IMG/VR virus record: IMGVR_UViG_3300033075_001504 | Span: 1-64,000 of that record | Length of the DNA stretch: 64,000 nucleotides | Strand: one strand, 5' to 3' | Origin: a virus | Lineage: Duplodnaviria > Caudoviricetes | Shown: in pieces, positions 36,390 through 45,885 of the stretch | Layout of the letters: each line of letters begins with the position of its first letter | Position numbering within the stretch: position 1 is the stretch's first letter | The notes under the pieces: model-generated | Seen by the model: only the letters and a program-made list of their open reading frames with translations | Databases searched by the model: none | What the model was told of the DNA's origin: nothing | Program-made: the position numbers and the translations under genes

Positions 36390-36721
36390 TCGACCCCTAT
36401 GCGGACCTGATGACCGAGCGGTACCAGGGGGTGCTCCCCGGCTGGAACGAGGAGCGCCTGGTCTGGACGGTCAAGGAGACCGACCGCTTCTACGTCGAGG
36501 TGATGCCGCTGCTGTTCACGGCGGCCATCGTCCTCACCGACAAGATGCACCCCGAGACCTACACCGACCGGTGGTGCTACGGCTCGCCGCAGGCGGCCTG
36601 GACCGCAGCGCTCGCCTGGGACCCCGACACGGTGATGGAGCCCGACGGGTGGCACCGCCACCCCAGCACCGGCCGCCGTCGCCCCGACGGTGATTGGAGG
36701 AAGGAGTACGTCAACCCGTGA
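36386..36721 (+). CDS. Hypothetical protein
   Basis: GTGA coupling; YTDRWCY...EPDGWHRH. Confidence 0.7.
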   Translation: MIDPYADLMTERYQGVLPGWNEERLVWTVKETDRFYVEVMPLLFTAAIVLTDKMHPETYTDRWCYGSPQAAWTAALAWDPDTVMEPDGWHRHPSTGRRRPDGDWRKEYVNP

Positions 36722-37245
36722 ATCGCACCTACAACAAGTACGACTGGGCCCAGCACGTCGCCAAGAAGATCCACGACTTCTACGAGGACGCCTGGGACCA
36801 CCTGGAGGCGGAGTACGGGGACGACATCTGGGAGATGTGCGCGGACGGCTGGGCCAGCCGGACCATGATGATGGTCGAGCTGCACTGCTTCGCCCTGCGC
36901 AGGCTGGAGGAGTACCGCGGCACGCACACCGGCCAGGCCCACCTCTCGCTGAGCGAGTTCATCACCTTCAACCCGTCCGCCGAGGAGTTCGCTGAGGACT
37001 TCTGGGAGAACCGCACAGTGGTGGACAGCAACAACGCGCAGCGGCTGGTCTACGCGGCCGACGACGGGGAGGGCATCCTCACCCAGCCGACCGTGGCGGC
37101 CGACATGCTCGCGCACTACGGGTCCAGTTGGGCCGACCTCTCCGACGCCGAGTTCGAGGACGTCTGGAGGGCCCACTCCCTGGAGGTCCGGCACCGGGCC
37201 ATCAACCATCAGATCGAGGCCTCGGCAGATGCCTTGACGTTTTGA
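36718..37245 (+). CDS. Acidic hypothetical protein
   Basis: 175 aa, about 33 D/E versus about 13 K/R by hand count. Confidence 0.7.
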   Translation: MNRTYNKYDWAQHVAKKIHDFYEDAWDHLEAEYGDDIWEMCADGWASRTMMMVELHCFALRRLEEYRGTHTGQAHLSLSEFITFNPSAEEFAEDFWENRTVVDSNNAQRLVYAADDGEGILTQPTVAADMLAHYGSSWADLSDAEFEDVWRAHSLEVRHRAINHQIEASADALTF

Positions 37246-37262
37246 TGGGAAGGTGCCATACT
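37234..37262 (+). promoter_or_regulatory. SigA-type promoter
   Basis: TTGACG-17-CATACT. Confidence 0.7.
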
Positions 37263-37332
37263 GTGACGTGTTCAGCCGCATCAGGTCGCCTGCTCTGCGC
37301 AGAACACAGCACGTAGCACGACCGCTCTACCC

Positions 37333-37358
37333 AGCCTCGGCCCATCCGGTCCGGGGCT
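37333..37358 (+). terminator. Hairpin/terminator ending a short leader RNA
   Basis: AGCCTCGG/CCGGGGCT stem then TTCGT. Confidence 0.5.
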
Positions 37359-37381
37359 TTCGTCATGTCTGGAGGTTCCGA

Positions 37382-37606
37382 ATGAGCAGTGACAAGGAAG
37401 TGCGCCTGGACGCCATGAAGGTCGGCTTCCTGGCGGGCTACAACCAGGCGATCATCGAGCTGATGGAGATGCTCGGCGACCGCAACGCGCCGCATCTCTC
37501 GGAGGACGACCTCATCGCCTTCGCCGAGGCCTCGATCAAGGGCGCGGACCAGGAGTCCTGGGACAAGCTCAAGACCGAGGTCATCGACCGCCTGTTCGGG
37601 CCATGA
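37382..37606 (+). CDS. Hypothetical protein
   Basis: GGAGG RBS. Confidence 0.75.
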   Translation: MSSDKEVRLDAMKVGFLAGYNQAIIELMEMLGDRNAPHLSEDDLIAFAEASIKGADQESWDKLKTEVIDRLFGP

Positions 37607-37779
37607 GCTTCCTCCAGGGCCTGGGCGTCCTGTTCTACGCACTCATCATCGCCTCGTCCTACTGGGGCGTGGTAGTCCTCGGTCTGCTGTTCCCGCTGAT
37701 CCTTCCGTGGGTGCTGCTGGCCATGCTCGCGCTGGTCCCGTTCGCGGTGGTCTGGCGCCTGGTGAAGGGAACGGAATGA
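37603..37779 (+). CDS. Small membrane protein (2 TM)
   Basis: MSFLQGLGVLFYALII...; coupled; absent from the ORF track. Confidence 0.65.
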   Translation: MSFLQGLGVLFYALIIASSYWGVVVLGLLFPLILPWVLLAMLALVPFAVVWRLVKGTE

Positions 37780-38000
37780 AGAAGGGTGTCTGGGCGCTCC
37801 GGGTGCTGATCCTCGTGATCTGCATCGTGTTCTTCGGGGTCGCCGTCATGCGCCAGAACTGGCTGGCCTGCTCCGGGTGGCTCTTCGCCTGGATCTACGC
37901 CTACCTGTGGTCGCGCGCCGAGGACCGGTGCGAGGACCTCATCGAGAAGACGAACAACGTCATCAACATCAACGAGCGTCTGCGCAGGGGCCAGTTGTGA
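37776..38000 (+). CDS. Small membrane protein (2 TM)
   Basis: MKKGVWALRVLILV...; coupled. Confidence 0.7.
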   Translation: MKKGVWALRVLILVICIVFFGVAVMRQNWLACSGWLFAWIYAYLWSRAEDRCEDLIEKTNNVININERLRRGQL

Positions 38001-38197
38001 TCTGGCTGCTCCTGCTCGGCGTCACGATCGACATCCTGCTCGCGACCTATGGATGGAAGGAACGGAACGTCATGAAGGACTTCTTCATCGAGCACCGCGG
38101 CGAGGCCGTCGCGGTGGCGGCAGGAGTGGTGCTCGCCATCCTCCTGCTCATCGTGGTCATGGTCTACGGGGCCCTGGACTGGGGGTCGGGACTGTGA
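37997..38197 (+). CDS. Small membrane protein (2 TM)
   Basis: MIWLLLLGVTIDILL...; coupled. Confidence 0.65.
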   Translation: MIWLLLLGVTIDILLATYGWKERNVMKDFFIEHRGEAVAVAAGVVLAILLLIVVMVYGALDWGSGL

Positions 38198-38481
38198 GCA
38201 CCGAGACGACGAGCGCGGTGGAGACCCTGCTCACCGTGAAGGGCTTCATCCACATGCTCCTGGCGGGACTGGAGGACGGGTCCTGGACCGAGGACCAGAA
38301 GATGCTGTTCTCCGCGGACCCCGAGGGCAACCGCTACATCGGGTTCACCAACGAGATCGGCTACGCCCCCACCAAGGTCGTGGACGGGAGGTTCGCCCCC
38401 GAGACCGTGATCGTGTCGAACGCCGAGGAGTTCAACGCCACCATCATCTTCCCGACCTACGAGATCGACCCGGAGGTCTGA
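38194..38481 (+). CDS. Hypothetical protein
   Basis: GTGA coupling; DPEGNRY. Confidence 0.7.
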   Translation: MSTETTSAVETLLTVKGFIHMLLAGLEDGSWTEDQKMLFSADPEGNRYIGFTNEIGYAPTKVVDGRFAPETVIVSNAEEFNATIIFPTYEIDPEV

Positions 38482-38672
38482 TGGGGGACGAGGAGGACAG
38501 CATCATCGCCGTCCGACTCCTCATCGACCGCTCCGAGGAGGACGACATCATCCGCCGGGCCCTGCGCTTCGCGTTCAACGACGCGAAGAGGCAGGGCCTC
38601 ACCAACTTCACCATCGCCGAGAAGCTCGGCGTCGAGGTGGAGACCATCACCCGCATCTGCAAGGAGGACTGA
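38481..38672 (+). CDS. Small HTH protein
   Basis: AKRQGLTNFTIAEKLGVEVETITRI. Confidence 0.7.
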   Translation: MGDEEDSIIAVRLLIDRSEEDDIIRRALRFAFNDAKRQGLTNFTIAEKLGVEVETITRICKED

Positions 38673-38673
38673 C

Positions 38674-39372
38674 ATGGGACTGGACGTGTACGTGCACGAC
38701 CGCGCGAAGGCCGTCGCCGTCGAGGACGACGGAGACACCTACCACGAGTGGAAGGACCGCTACGACGAGGTGGACCTGCGCTCGTCCTACAACGACAGCG
38801 GGTTCAACCACATCGTGGAGAGCCTGGTCGGGAAGTACGGCTTCTACTACATCTTCGAGCCGCTCAAGGGCGAGGATGAGGAGTACGAGTTCCCCGTGCG
38901 CGGCCGCGAGGATGTCCTGCGGCAGTGCCGGGAGCGGGCGGTCGAGATCAAGACGCTGCTGGAGACGGCGGCCGAGGCCGACGAGTTCTTCTCCTGCTTC
39001 GACATCGACATGCCGCGGAACAAGGACCTCGTCGCCCTGGACGAGAAGACGGCGTTGGGGTTCTTCCGCGACCAGAAGGCCCGGCACAAGGACGGGACCG
39101 GCTTCAGTACCTACACCACCGGCACCGGGTTCTTCTCGATGACCGGCATCGAGGTCTTCGCCATCATGCCCGGCCTCAAGCAGGACATCTTCGCCAAGAT
39201 CAACGGCAACGCCGACGGCCTGGTGCCGACGACCTACGTGGTCGTCAAGCACTCCAAGGACAGCGCGGGCTACTACATCGACCAGGCCGACCGCGCGGTC
39301 AAGATGTGCGACCTGCTCCTGGAGATGCTCCAGGACCCCGAGACCGACCCGGTCATCATCTGGTCGGCGTGA
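38674..39372 (+). CDS. Hypothetical protein
   Basis: 232 aa; MGLDVY...LRSSYNDSGFN. Confidence 0.8.
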   Translation: MGLDVYVHDRAKAVAVEDDGDTYHEWKDRYDEVDLRSSYNDSGFNHIVESLVGKYGFYYIFEPLKGEDEEYEFPVRGREDVLRQCRERAVEIKTLLETAAEADEFFSCFDIDMPRNKDLVALDEKTALGFFRDQKARHKDGTGFSTYTTGTGFFSMTGIEVFAIMPGLKQDIFAKINGNADGLVPTTYVVVKHSKDSAGYYIDQADRAVKMCDLLLEMLQDPETDPVIIWSA

Positions 39373-39381
39373 GGAGGAGAC

Positions 39382-39597
39382 ATGCAGCACTTCGCTGACG
39401 AGAAGCACGCCTGGGTGTCCGGCCTGCTGGTCGGCCACCTGCTCAAGAACGGCCTCGAGGTCTCGGTGCACACCGACGACGAGGGCAACTGGACGCCCAC
39501 GCTCGACGTGCTCATCCCCGAGCTCGAGGAGTTCGTGACGCTCCGGGTGTGCATCCCCGACACCGAGGAGGCCGCGCACGAGCCGGAGGGGACATGA
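39382..39597 (+). CDS. Hypothetical protein
   Basis: AGGAGG RBS. Confidence 0.7.
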   Translation: MQHFADEKHAWVSGLLVGHLLKNGLEVSVHTDDEGNWTPTLDVLIPELEEFVTLRVCIPDTEEAAHEPEGT

Positions 39598-39830
39598 CCC
39601 ATCCGCGCTGCGCCAAGTGCCGCAAGACCGCCACCGAGGTGGTCGACAAGGTCTACCTCGAGGAGGGGGAGACGCCCGACCACTTCATCCGGGTGAACGA
39701 GGGGACCTTCTACCCGCCCACGGAGAGGTTCCTCTGCGACGCCTGCTACATCGCGGTCGGGATGCCGTCCTCCCCCACGGGGTGGAAGGCCAGCCCGGCC
39801 AACCTACGAGCACTAGGGATCGAATCGTGA
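39594..39830 (+). CDS. Zn-finger-like protein
   Basis: CAKC...NEGT...FLCDACY. Confidence 0.7.
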   Translation: MTHPRCAKCRKTATEVVDKVYLEEGETPDHFIRVNEGTFYPPTERFLCDACYIAVGMPSSPTGWKASPANLRALGIES

Positions 39831-40819
39831 AGGGACAGTCCGATCTGCCGCCGATCACCAGCAACGAGGACCTCATCAAGAGGATCCCGCTGCTGACCGG
39901 CTACCGCCCGTACGGGGAGATCATCCTCCTGCTGGCGGGCACCCACATCACCTGGTCGAGCGTGGTGGACCCGGACTACCTCCGGGAGCTGCCGCAGATC
40001 ACCACCGGGATCCGCAACGCGCTGGACCCGCTGCGCGAGCAGAAGCTCTACCTGATCTACACCCTGCCGCTCAAGAAGGGCGTCCCGCTGGCGAGCACCA
40101 CCCGGCGCAGCGCCCTGCGCCAGACGATGGCCATGGCCCAGGACGGGGGCATGGTCTACCACGCACCGGAGCACTGCCCCGACCTCGACCTGTCCATCAT
40201 GGTGGGCTGGGACATGGGGTCCTTCCTCACCTCCGCGTGCACCGACGACAACCCCGACGACGACTGCCTGCCGGGGGAGGGGCACCCGATCACCGGGGAC
40301 CTCTACACGCTTCCGGGCGTGACCGTCTACGCGGACCGGGAGTCCTGGGAGCGGGCCTTCGAGGTGGGCCGGGAGGACATCGTCCCGACCCCCGACGTGC
40401 TGGCCCGGATGGAGGTCGTCATGACCAACCTGGGCAACCACCCCCGCGAGATGCTCGCCGAGCTGGCGACCGACCCGCGGGGCCTGGACGACGCCGGGGC
40501 GCTGGCCCTGACCCGCTACATCAAGGGGACCAACGCCGACGACGTGGCGCGGTCCTGGCTGGCCAACGGCTGGAGCATCGACAACCTGATGCGCCTGGTC
40601 CGGTGCACGTCCTCGGTCCCCGCGCGCAGTGCGGTGGCCACCACGCTGGCCTGCGACGGCTACCTGGCCTACGCCCGGTCGGTGGGCCGCACCATCCCCT
40701 CCGGGATGGGCTCGGACCTCGTGGAGATGATCCGCGGGGGCGAGGCCAACCCGATGGAGTTCATGCAGGCCCGGGAGGAGGTGGTCAAGGATCTCGACAC
40801 CTACCGGCTGTGGTCTTGA
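39827..40819 (+). CDS. DUF4192-like protein
   Basis: N-terminal EDLIKRIPLLTGYRP resembles the DUF4192 'LLAAVPxLLGFxP' motif; C-terminal RSAVATTLA helix. Confidence 0.55.
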   Translation: MKGQSDLPPITSNEDLIKRIPLLTGYRPYGEIILLLAGTHITWSSVVDPDYLRELPQITTGIRNALDPLREQKLYLIYTLPLKKGVPLASTTRRSALRQTMAMAQDGGMVYHAPEHCPDLDLSIMVGWDMGSFLTSACTDDNPDDDCLPGEGHPITGDLYTLPGVTVYADRESWERAFEVGREDIVPTPDVLARMEVVMTNLGNHPREMLAELATDPRGLDDAGALALTRYIKGTNADDVARSWLANGWSIDNLMRLVRCTSSVPARSAVATTLACDGYLAYARSVGRTIPSGMGSDLVEMIRGGEANPMEFMQAREEVVKDLDTYRLWS

Positions 40820-40845
40820 CGTTAGAAGGGAGAGTCAGATAGACT
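40816..40845 (+). promoter_or_regulatory. SigA-type promoter
   Basis: TTGACG-18-TAGACT. Confidence 0.72.
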
Positions 40846-40896
40846 GCCAGGGCAGCTGGGGGCGAGTAATCCCCCCGCCCGTCCCTGGTTGCACCG

Positions 40897-40939
40897 GAAG
40901 GCCCGTCATGCTCCCTCCCCCGGAGCGTGACGGGCCTTC
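40897..40939 (+). terminator. Long hairpin/terminator ending a short leader RNA
   Basis: 18-bp GAAGGCCCGTCATGCTCC/GGAGCGTGACGGGCCTTC stem then TTCGTATC. Confidence 0.7.
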
Positions 40940-40965
40940 TTCGTATCCGAGAAGGAAGGACTGTC

Positions 40966-41460
40966 ATGCGCAAGCTCCGCGACGCGGTGAAGGCCAAGGC
41001 CTCCGCCGTCGTCTCCAAGACCCGGGAGGTCGTCCGCACGGCCGCCTCCTGGCTGAGCAAGAACCGCGTCACCGCGCCGGTGGTCAAGGCCGCCCGCGTG
41101 GTCGTCAACGCCGTGACCGCAGCCGTGGTCGTGGTCGTGTCCCTGGTCGTCGGTCTCGTGGTGCTCGTCCTGGCCGCGGTGCTGATCGTCCTGGACGCCG
41201 TCGTCACGCTGATCCACAAGATCGTGACGCTGGTCTACATCACCGCGTCCGCCCTGCTCGGGCTGGTCCGCGACCGCAAGCACTTCCGCGACGAGCTCGC
41301 CCACGCCCGCGTGGTCCTCACGCACTGGTCGGTGGGCTCCTACCTGGAGGCCAACGAGATCCTGCTGGCGGACAAGCCGCCGGTGGTCCACGCCGTCAGG
41401 GTCAAGCGCAAGAACAAGCGCCTCATCATCGACGGTGGCCCCGAAGCGCTCCCGGCATGA
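40966..41460 (+). CDS. Membrane protein
   Basis: Basic amphipathic N-terminus then a roughly 50-aa Val/Leu-rich hydrophobic stretch. Confidence 0.75.
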   Translation: MRKLRDAVKAKASAVVSKTREVVRTAASWLSKNRVTAPVVKAARVVVNAVTAAVVVVVSLVVGLVVLVLAAVLIVLDAVVTLIHKIVTLVYITASALLGLVRDRKHFRDELAHARVVLTHWSVGSYLEANEILLADKPPVVHAVRVKRKNKRLIIDGGPEALPA

Positions 41461-41663
41461 GCGAGGTCACCCTCGAGGACGCCCTCGACGTCATCGAGTG
41501 GCTGGTGCGCCAGCACTGCTACTCGGTGGGCGACGAGTACGACACCGAGGCGCTGTCCACCAACCGCGACGCCTTCGAGCTCCTGGTCCAGGCCGGGCGC
41601 GCGGAGTACGTCGGGGAGCAGTACGGCCGTCGCGCGTTCATCAGGTTCAAGGAGGGGACATGA
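41457..41663 (+). CDS. Hypothetical protein
   Basis: ATGA coupling. Confidence 0.7.
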   Translation: MSEVTLEDALDVIEWLVRQHCYSVGDEYDTEALSTNRDAFELLVQAGRAEYVGEQYGRRAFIRFKEGT

Positions 41664-42052
41664 TCATCGAGATCGCGTCGCACGACGTGGAGTGGATCAA
41701 CGAGTCCAACGCGTGGCGCAAGGAGTTCGGGATGCTCAACACCCCGGAGTACTTCGTCTCCGACCGGGTGATGGGCAACGGGGTGGCCGTCTGGACCCTC
41801 ATCCACCCCGACCCGGGCACGCCCGACACCCGGATCCTGGTCGCCCAGGATCTCAACGACGCCCTGACCGGCAAGGTCGGCCTGGGCTACGGTCTGGCCA
41901 GCCAGTTCTCGCTGGCCAACTACTACGACCTCTTCAACGACGACATCTCCGAGATCAAGGACTGGCTGTCCGACCTCGGGTGCTCGGAGGAGGAGATGGC
42001 GTGGTTCAGCCGGACCGACACGACCCGGATGGCACCACCGAACAGGAGATGA
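41660..42052 (+). CDS. Hypothetical protein
   Basis: ATGA coupling. Confidence 0.7.
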   Translation: MIIEIASHDVEWINESNAWRKEFGMLNTPEYFVSDRVMGNGVAVWTLIHPDPGTPDTRILVAQDLNDALTGKVGLGYGLASQFSLANYYDLFNDDISEIKDWLSDLGCSEEEMAWFSRTDTTRMAPPNRR

Positions 42053-42056
42053 AGGA

Positions 42057-42353
42057 ATGGAAGACATCAGCGAGCAGCTCGACGCGATGATCCAGGACCT
42101 CGACGAGGACGACCTCACCGACGCCCTGTCCCTGCTCGAGCGGATCGAGAGCTCCTCCGAGATGGAGGTGCAGGACGGCAACCTCGCCCGACTGCTGCTG
42201 CGCGCCTACGTGGCGGGCCGGGCCACCGCGCCCGACCGCAGCAACGACACGGACCTGCTGGTGGGCATCACCCCCGAGGACGCCGCGACCCTGGTCGCCG
42301 GTCTGCTCGGCGACGGGGCGACGCTCACCTTGTCCGTCGTCCGCCATGGTTAG
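42057..42353 (+). CDS. Acidic hypothetical protein
   Basis: 98 aa. Confidence 0.7.
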   Translation: MEDISEQLDAMIQDLDEDDLTDALSLLERIESSSEMEVQDGNLARLLLRAYVAGRATAPDRSNDTDLLVGITPEDAATLVAGLLGDGATLTLSVVRHG

Positions 42354-42555
42354 GCGGCGGCACCCGCTTCCGCCAGTGCGGCGCAAGCATCCGCTGCGAC
42401 GCAGGGACGACGCCCGGCGGCGCAACGCCGGGCTCAGCGTCCTGGTGGCTCAGACCTGGGACGAGATCGCCAGGATCCGGGCTGCTCAGGGCGACCAGGA
42501 AGGAGCCGAGCGCGCTCGCGTCTCGGCACGAGCAACGTCGCCACGGCGACGATGA
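42346..42555 (+). CDS. Arg-rich hypothetical protein
   Basis: Fills the gap and overlaps both neighbours. Confidence 0.45.
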   Translation: MVRRRHPLPPVRRKHPLRRRDDARRRNAGLSVLVAQTWDEIARIRAAQGDQEGAERARVSARATSPRRR

Positions 42556-42848
42556 GAGGAGTGAACATGCTGCGCGGCGCGCTGAAGTGGCTGGCCACGG
42601 TGATCGAGAAGGTCACCGAGGCGCTGGCCGAGTACCTGGACACCCCCGAGCGTGCTCCGCAGATGCTGCCCTTCGCGGAGTTCCCGGTGGAGAAGAAGAT
42701 GGACGTGGCGGCCCGCAAGACCGTCGCGTTCGTCCTCTATGTGGTGGGCACGGCCATCGTGCTGGTCCCCTCGTTCTCCCCGAAGCTCACCCTGCCCATC
42801 GGCGACCTCATGCACCGCCTGGCCTCCCTCCTGGTGGCCGGGCTGTGA
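42552..42848 (+). CDS. Membrane protein
   Basis: One TM; start may be 42568. Confidence 0.65.
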   Translation: MRGVNMLRGALKWLATVIEKVTEALAEYLDTPERAPQMLPFAEFPVEKKMDVAARKTVAFVLYVVGTAIVLVPSFSPKLTLPIGDLMHRLASLLVAGL

Positions 42849-43417
42849 TGGAGGAGGTCGGGGACGGCATCTTCTCGTTCACCACGTTCGAGGAGATGGC
42901 CGAGCACATGGAGCGGGCGACCCAGGCGGCCATCGCCGCCATGACCCCGCACCAGCGGGGCCTGCTCGACGGGCAGGCCTTCACCTGGTTCCGCTACTAC
43001 CCGGAGATGGAGCCCGGCTTCACCATCTGGGGCCAGCGCAAGTCCCTGGCCGACCTCGCCGCGGAGTACGAGGCCAAGGCGAAGGAGTGCGAGACCAGGG
43101 ACGACCCCGAGGGGGCCGAGGAGTGGCGGGACGAGATCGAGCGGGACAAGGAGAACCTCGCTCGCGGCTACGTCTCCGGTACCGCCTACTCCACCGTCGA
43201 GCCCGGCGGCGAGTACGGCGACACCCACGCAGCGAGCATCATCGGCGTCCCGGCCGAGTGGTTCCTGCTGGCCAAGATGCACCACTGGTCGCTGGGGGAG
43301 ATGCTCCACGGCTCCGAGGAGAGCAGGCACGCCGCCGAGCTCATCATCGAGGCCTGGAACCTCAACCTCGCAGCACAGATCTCCCGCGAGATGGAAGACA
43401 AGGAGGAAGGAATGTGA
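42848..43417 (+). CDS. Hypothetical protein
   Basis: TGATG coupling; YSTVEPGGEYGDTH. Confidence 0.75.
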   Translation: MEEVGDGIFSFTTFEEMAEHMERATQAAIAAMTPHQRGLLDGQAFTWFRYYPEMEPGFTIWGQRKSLADLAAEYEAKAKECETRDDPEGAEEWRDEIERDKENLARGYVSGTAYSTVEPGGEYGDTHAASIIGVPAEWFLLAKMHHWSLGEMLHGSEESRHAAELIIEAWNLNLAAQISREMEDKEEGM

Positions 43418-43635
43418 GCATTCGGTTCACACGGGTCTGGGACGCCAACTCGTCGTTCCAGGCCCATGTGTCCGAAGACGTCACCTACGTGATCCTGCCC
43501 GTCATCGACGGCCCCCAGGTCCTGGGTTTCAGGATCTACGACCTGGTCACCGGCGAGCTGGAAGAGGAGGACTACGAGCGTCTGCACGAGGCCAAGGCCG
43601 CCGTGGAGGCGCTCGTCTCACGTAGGGGGACGTAA
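43414..43635 (+). CDS. Hypothetical protein
   Basis: GTGA coupling. Confidence 0.7.
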   Translation: MSIRFTRVWDANSSFQAHVSEDVTYVILPVIDGPQVLGFRIYDLVTGELEEEDYERLHEAKAAVEALVSRRGT

Positions 43636-43865
43636 TGCGGACATACGCGTGGGGCTTCGATGAGGGACCTCGGTTCACCGTCGAAGTGCCCGACGACTCG
43701 GAGCTGGTGACCGCCAGCACCACGTACGAGGACCTGCTGCACCCCTCGGGCCAGCGGATCCACCAGAAGATCCTCACCGTCAAGCTCTACTTCCTCGATG
43801 CGGAGGACATCGAGGACTCGGAGGAGTCCAAGGCCGTGCTTACCGTGATTGGAGAGAACGCATGA
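43635..43865 (+). CDS. Hypothetical protein
   Basis: TAATG coupling. Confidence 0.7.
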   Translation: MRTYAWGFDEGPRFTVEVPDDSELVTASTTYEDLLHPSGQRIHQKILTVKLYFLDAEDIEDSEESKAVLTVIGENA

Positions 43866-44341
43866 GGGCGAACGTCATCACGATCCCCTTCCCCTCGACC
43901 GAGCGGCAGTACCGCGACCTGTGCGAGCGGATCAAGGTCCACTGGCAGGAGCGGGTCAGCCCCACCGGAAGCGGTGGTGGCAAGGACGGGATGAAGCTCT
44001 ACGTCGGCGTCGGCGACGTCGTGATGGACACCTGGGAGGAGGTGGAGCAGCGGATGAGCCCGGAGGGATTCTTCTTCCGGATCTACTTCAACTGGCCCAC
44101 CACCGACATCCAGGACCGGATCGTGCGGGACCTGCTGATCCAGAACCTCGAGGTCAGCATCATCCCGCTGGTCTACTTCGACGAGATCGAGCTGGACGTC
44201 TCCAGCCACGACTGCTCGGGCGGGCCGGGCAACGCCCGCAACTGCGGTGTCTGCCGCTACTCCGAGGACCTCGACGTCATCGAGGCCTACCCCACTCGGA
44301 GCGCGAACGAGTCGATCCGGGAGTACGTCAGCCACCAGTAA
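43862..44341 (+). CDS. Hypothetical protein
   Basis: 159 aa; HDC...CGVC. Confidence 0.7.
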   Translation: MRANVITIPFPSTERQYRDLCERIKVHWQERVSPTGSGGGKDGMKLYVGVGDVVMDTWEEVEQRMSPEGFFFRIYFNWPTTDIQDRIVRDLLIQNLEVSIIPLVYFDEIELDVSSHDCSGGPGNARNCGVCRYSEDLDVIEAYPTRSANESIREYVSHQ

Positions 44342-44396
44342 GACCGACCGCATGAGGCATGGAACCCACCAGAGAGAACCAGGAGAAGGATCAGTA

Positions 44397-45881
44397 ATGG
44401 ACAAGTTCAGCATCGACAAGGCCGCGCACTTCGCCCAGATCGTGGACGACCTGACCAAGCTCGGGAAGGCCGGGAACGCCGGTGGCTACACCGAGCCGGT
44501 GATCTACACCCCGGGCGTGCAGATCGGCATCCCGGAGGGCATGAGCGACGCGGTCGCGATCGACACCCTGACCCAGTACGTCGCGGACAAGCGGACGATG
44601 ACGACGGTGGTCAAGGAGGACTACGGCTACAAGCCCTGGGACGTCGCGGCCGCCACGGCGCGCGTGCTGGCCAGCCAGTTCGGCATCACCACCCAGCGGG
44701 GCCGCGGCTCCCAGATCGAGGTCCAGTGCGACATCGACAAGGTGATGTACGTCCCGTGGGGCGAGGTGCAGGTGCCGCAGATCAAGGCCACCATCACCAT
44801 CGACTCCACCGACCTGGGCGACGGCATGGGCAGCGTGGGCCGCACCACGATCGAGCTGCCCAAGCTGTTCGAGGACGCCGCCCGCGGTGTGCACCAGCTC
44901 GTCGCCGCCGAGCTGGCCCAGCACTCCATCTACCGCGGCAAGGCGATCACGTCGGACGAGAAGCCCCGCTTCCTCAACCCCTACGTGACCGACCGCAACA
45001 ACATCGTGTGGTCGCACTCGACCCGCGCGGCCCTCATGGGCTCGGTCATCAACGTCATCCGGCACTCCGACCGGGCCAAGGAGCGGGGCATCGACCTCAA
45101 CCGCCCCGTGCTCTGGTACGGCGAGCCGGGCAACGGCAAGACCGAGACGATGAACATCGTCGCGCAGGAGGCCCTGGAGCACGGGTGGTCGTTCATCCAG
45201 TGCAACGGCACGCTGCGGGACCTCGTGTCCACGCTGCGCTACGCCCGCCGCCAGGGCCGCCACGTCGTCGCCGTCGAGGACTTCGAGCGCCTCATCAACG
45301 ACGCCACGCAGCAGGACCGAACGGACCTGCTCGAGGAGCTCGACGGCGCGACCAGCAAGGGCAGCGAGGTGCTGCTCGTGGCGACGACGAACTTCCTGGA
45401 GGACCTCAACGTCCACCAGGCGGCGCGTCGGCGCTTCTTCAAGGAGATCCACTTCGGTCCCCTCGACAGCCAGGGCGTGGAGAACCTGCTGCGCATCACG
45501 CTGGCGGGCACGGCCGCGGCCGACGCCGGGGAGTCCATCCCGGTCGAGGAGCACAAGCGGACCATCCACGAGGACGCGGACTACACCACGATGAACTACG
45601 CGAAGGTGACCCGCGCCCTGGACGGCTGGGGCAACTCCTACATCCGCAAGGTTCAGGAGTTCGCGCAGAGCATCGCGCTGGCCCACGCCGAGCCGCACCT
45701 CACCACTGCCGACCTGCTCGACGCGATCGAGGCCTACACCCCGGACTGGCAGGCCTACCTGGCCTCCCAGGGCCGCGCGGAGGAGCGGACCTTCGAGTCC
45801 GAGTTCCGCAAGGTCGTCCGCGAGGAGGCCAAGGCGGGCAAGGTCAAGAAGGCCGAGGAGAACGCCCCCACGATGTCCTAG
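44397..45881 (+). CDS. AAA+ ATPase with long N-terminal domain (494 aa)
   Basis: Walker A GEPGNGKT, Walker B VAVEDFE, LEELDG, ATTN, RRFFKEI. Confidence 0.88.
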   Translation: MDKFSIDKAAHFAQIVDDLTKLGKAGNAGGYTEPVIYTPGVQIGIPEGMSDAVAIDTLTQYVADKRTMTTVVKEDYGYKPWDVAAATARVLASQFGITTQRGRGSQIEVQCDIDKVMYVPWGEVQVPQIKATITIDSTDLGDGMGSVGRTTIELPKLFEDAARGVHQLVAAELAQHSIYRGKAITSDEKPRFLNPYVTDRNNIVWSHSTRAALMGSVINVIRHSDRAKERGIDLNRPVLWYGEPGNGKTETMNIVAQEALEHGWSFIQCNGTLRDLVSTLRYARRQGRHVVAVEDFERLINDATQQDRTDLLEELDGATSKGSEVLLVATTNFLEDLNVHQAARRRFFKEIHFGPLDSQGVENLLRITLAGTAAADAGESIPVEEHKRTIHEDADYTTMNYAKVTRALDGWGNSYIRKVQEFAQSIALAHAEPHLTTADLLDAIEAYTPDWQAYLASQGRAEERTFESEFRKVVREEAKAGKVKKAEENAPTMS

Positions 45882-45885
45882 ACCC

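Noticed and set aside
40834-40846. Third copy of the TAGTCA/TGACTA operator (GAGTCAGATAGACTG)
   Set aside because: Wrong spacing and mismatches; explained by the overlapping -10 element.
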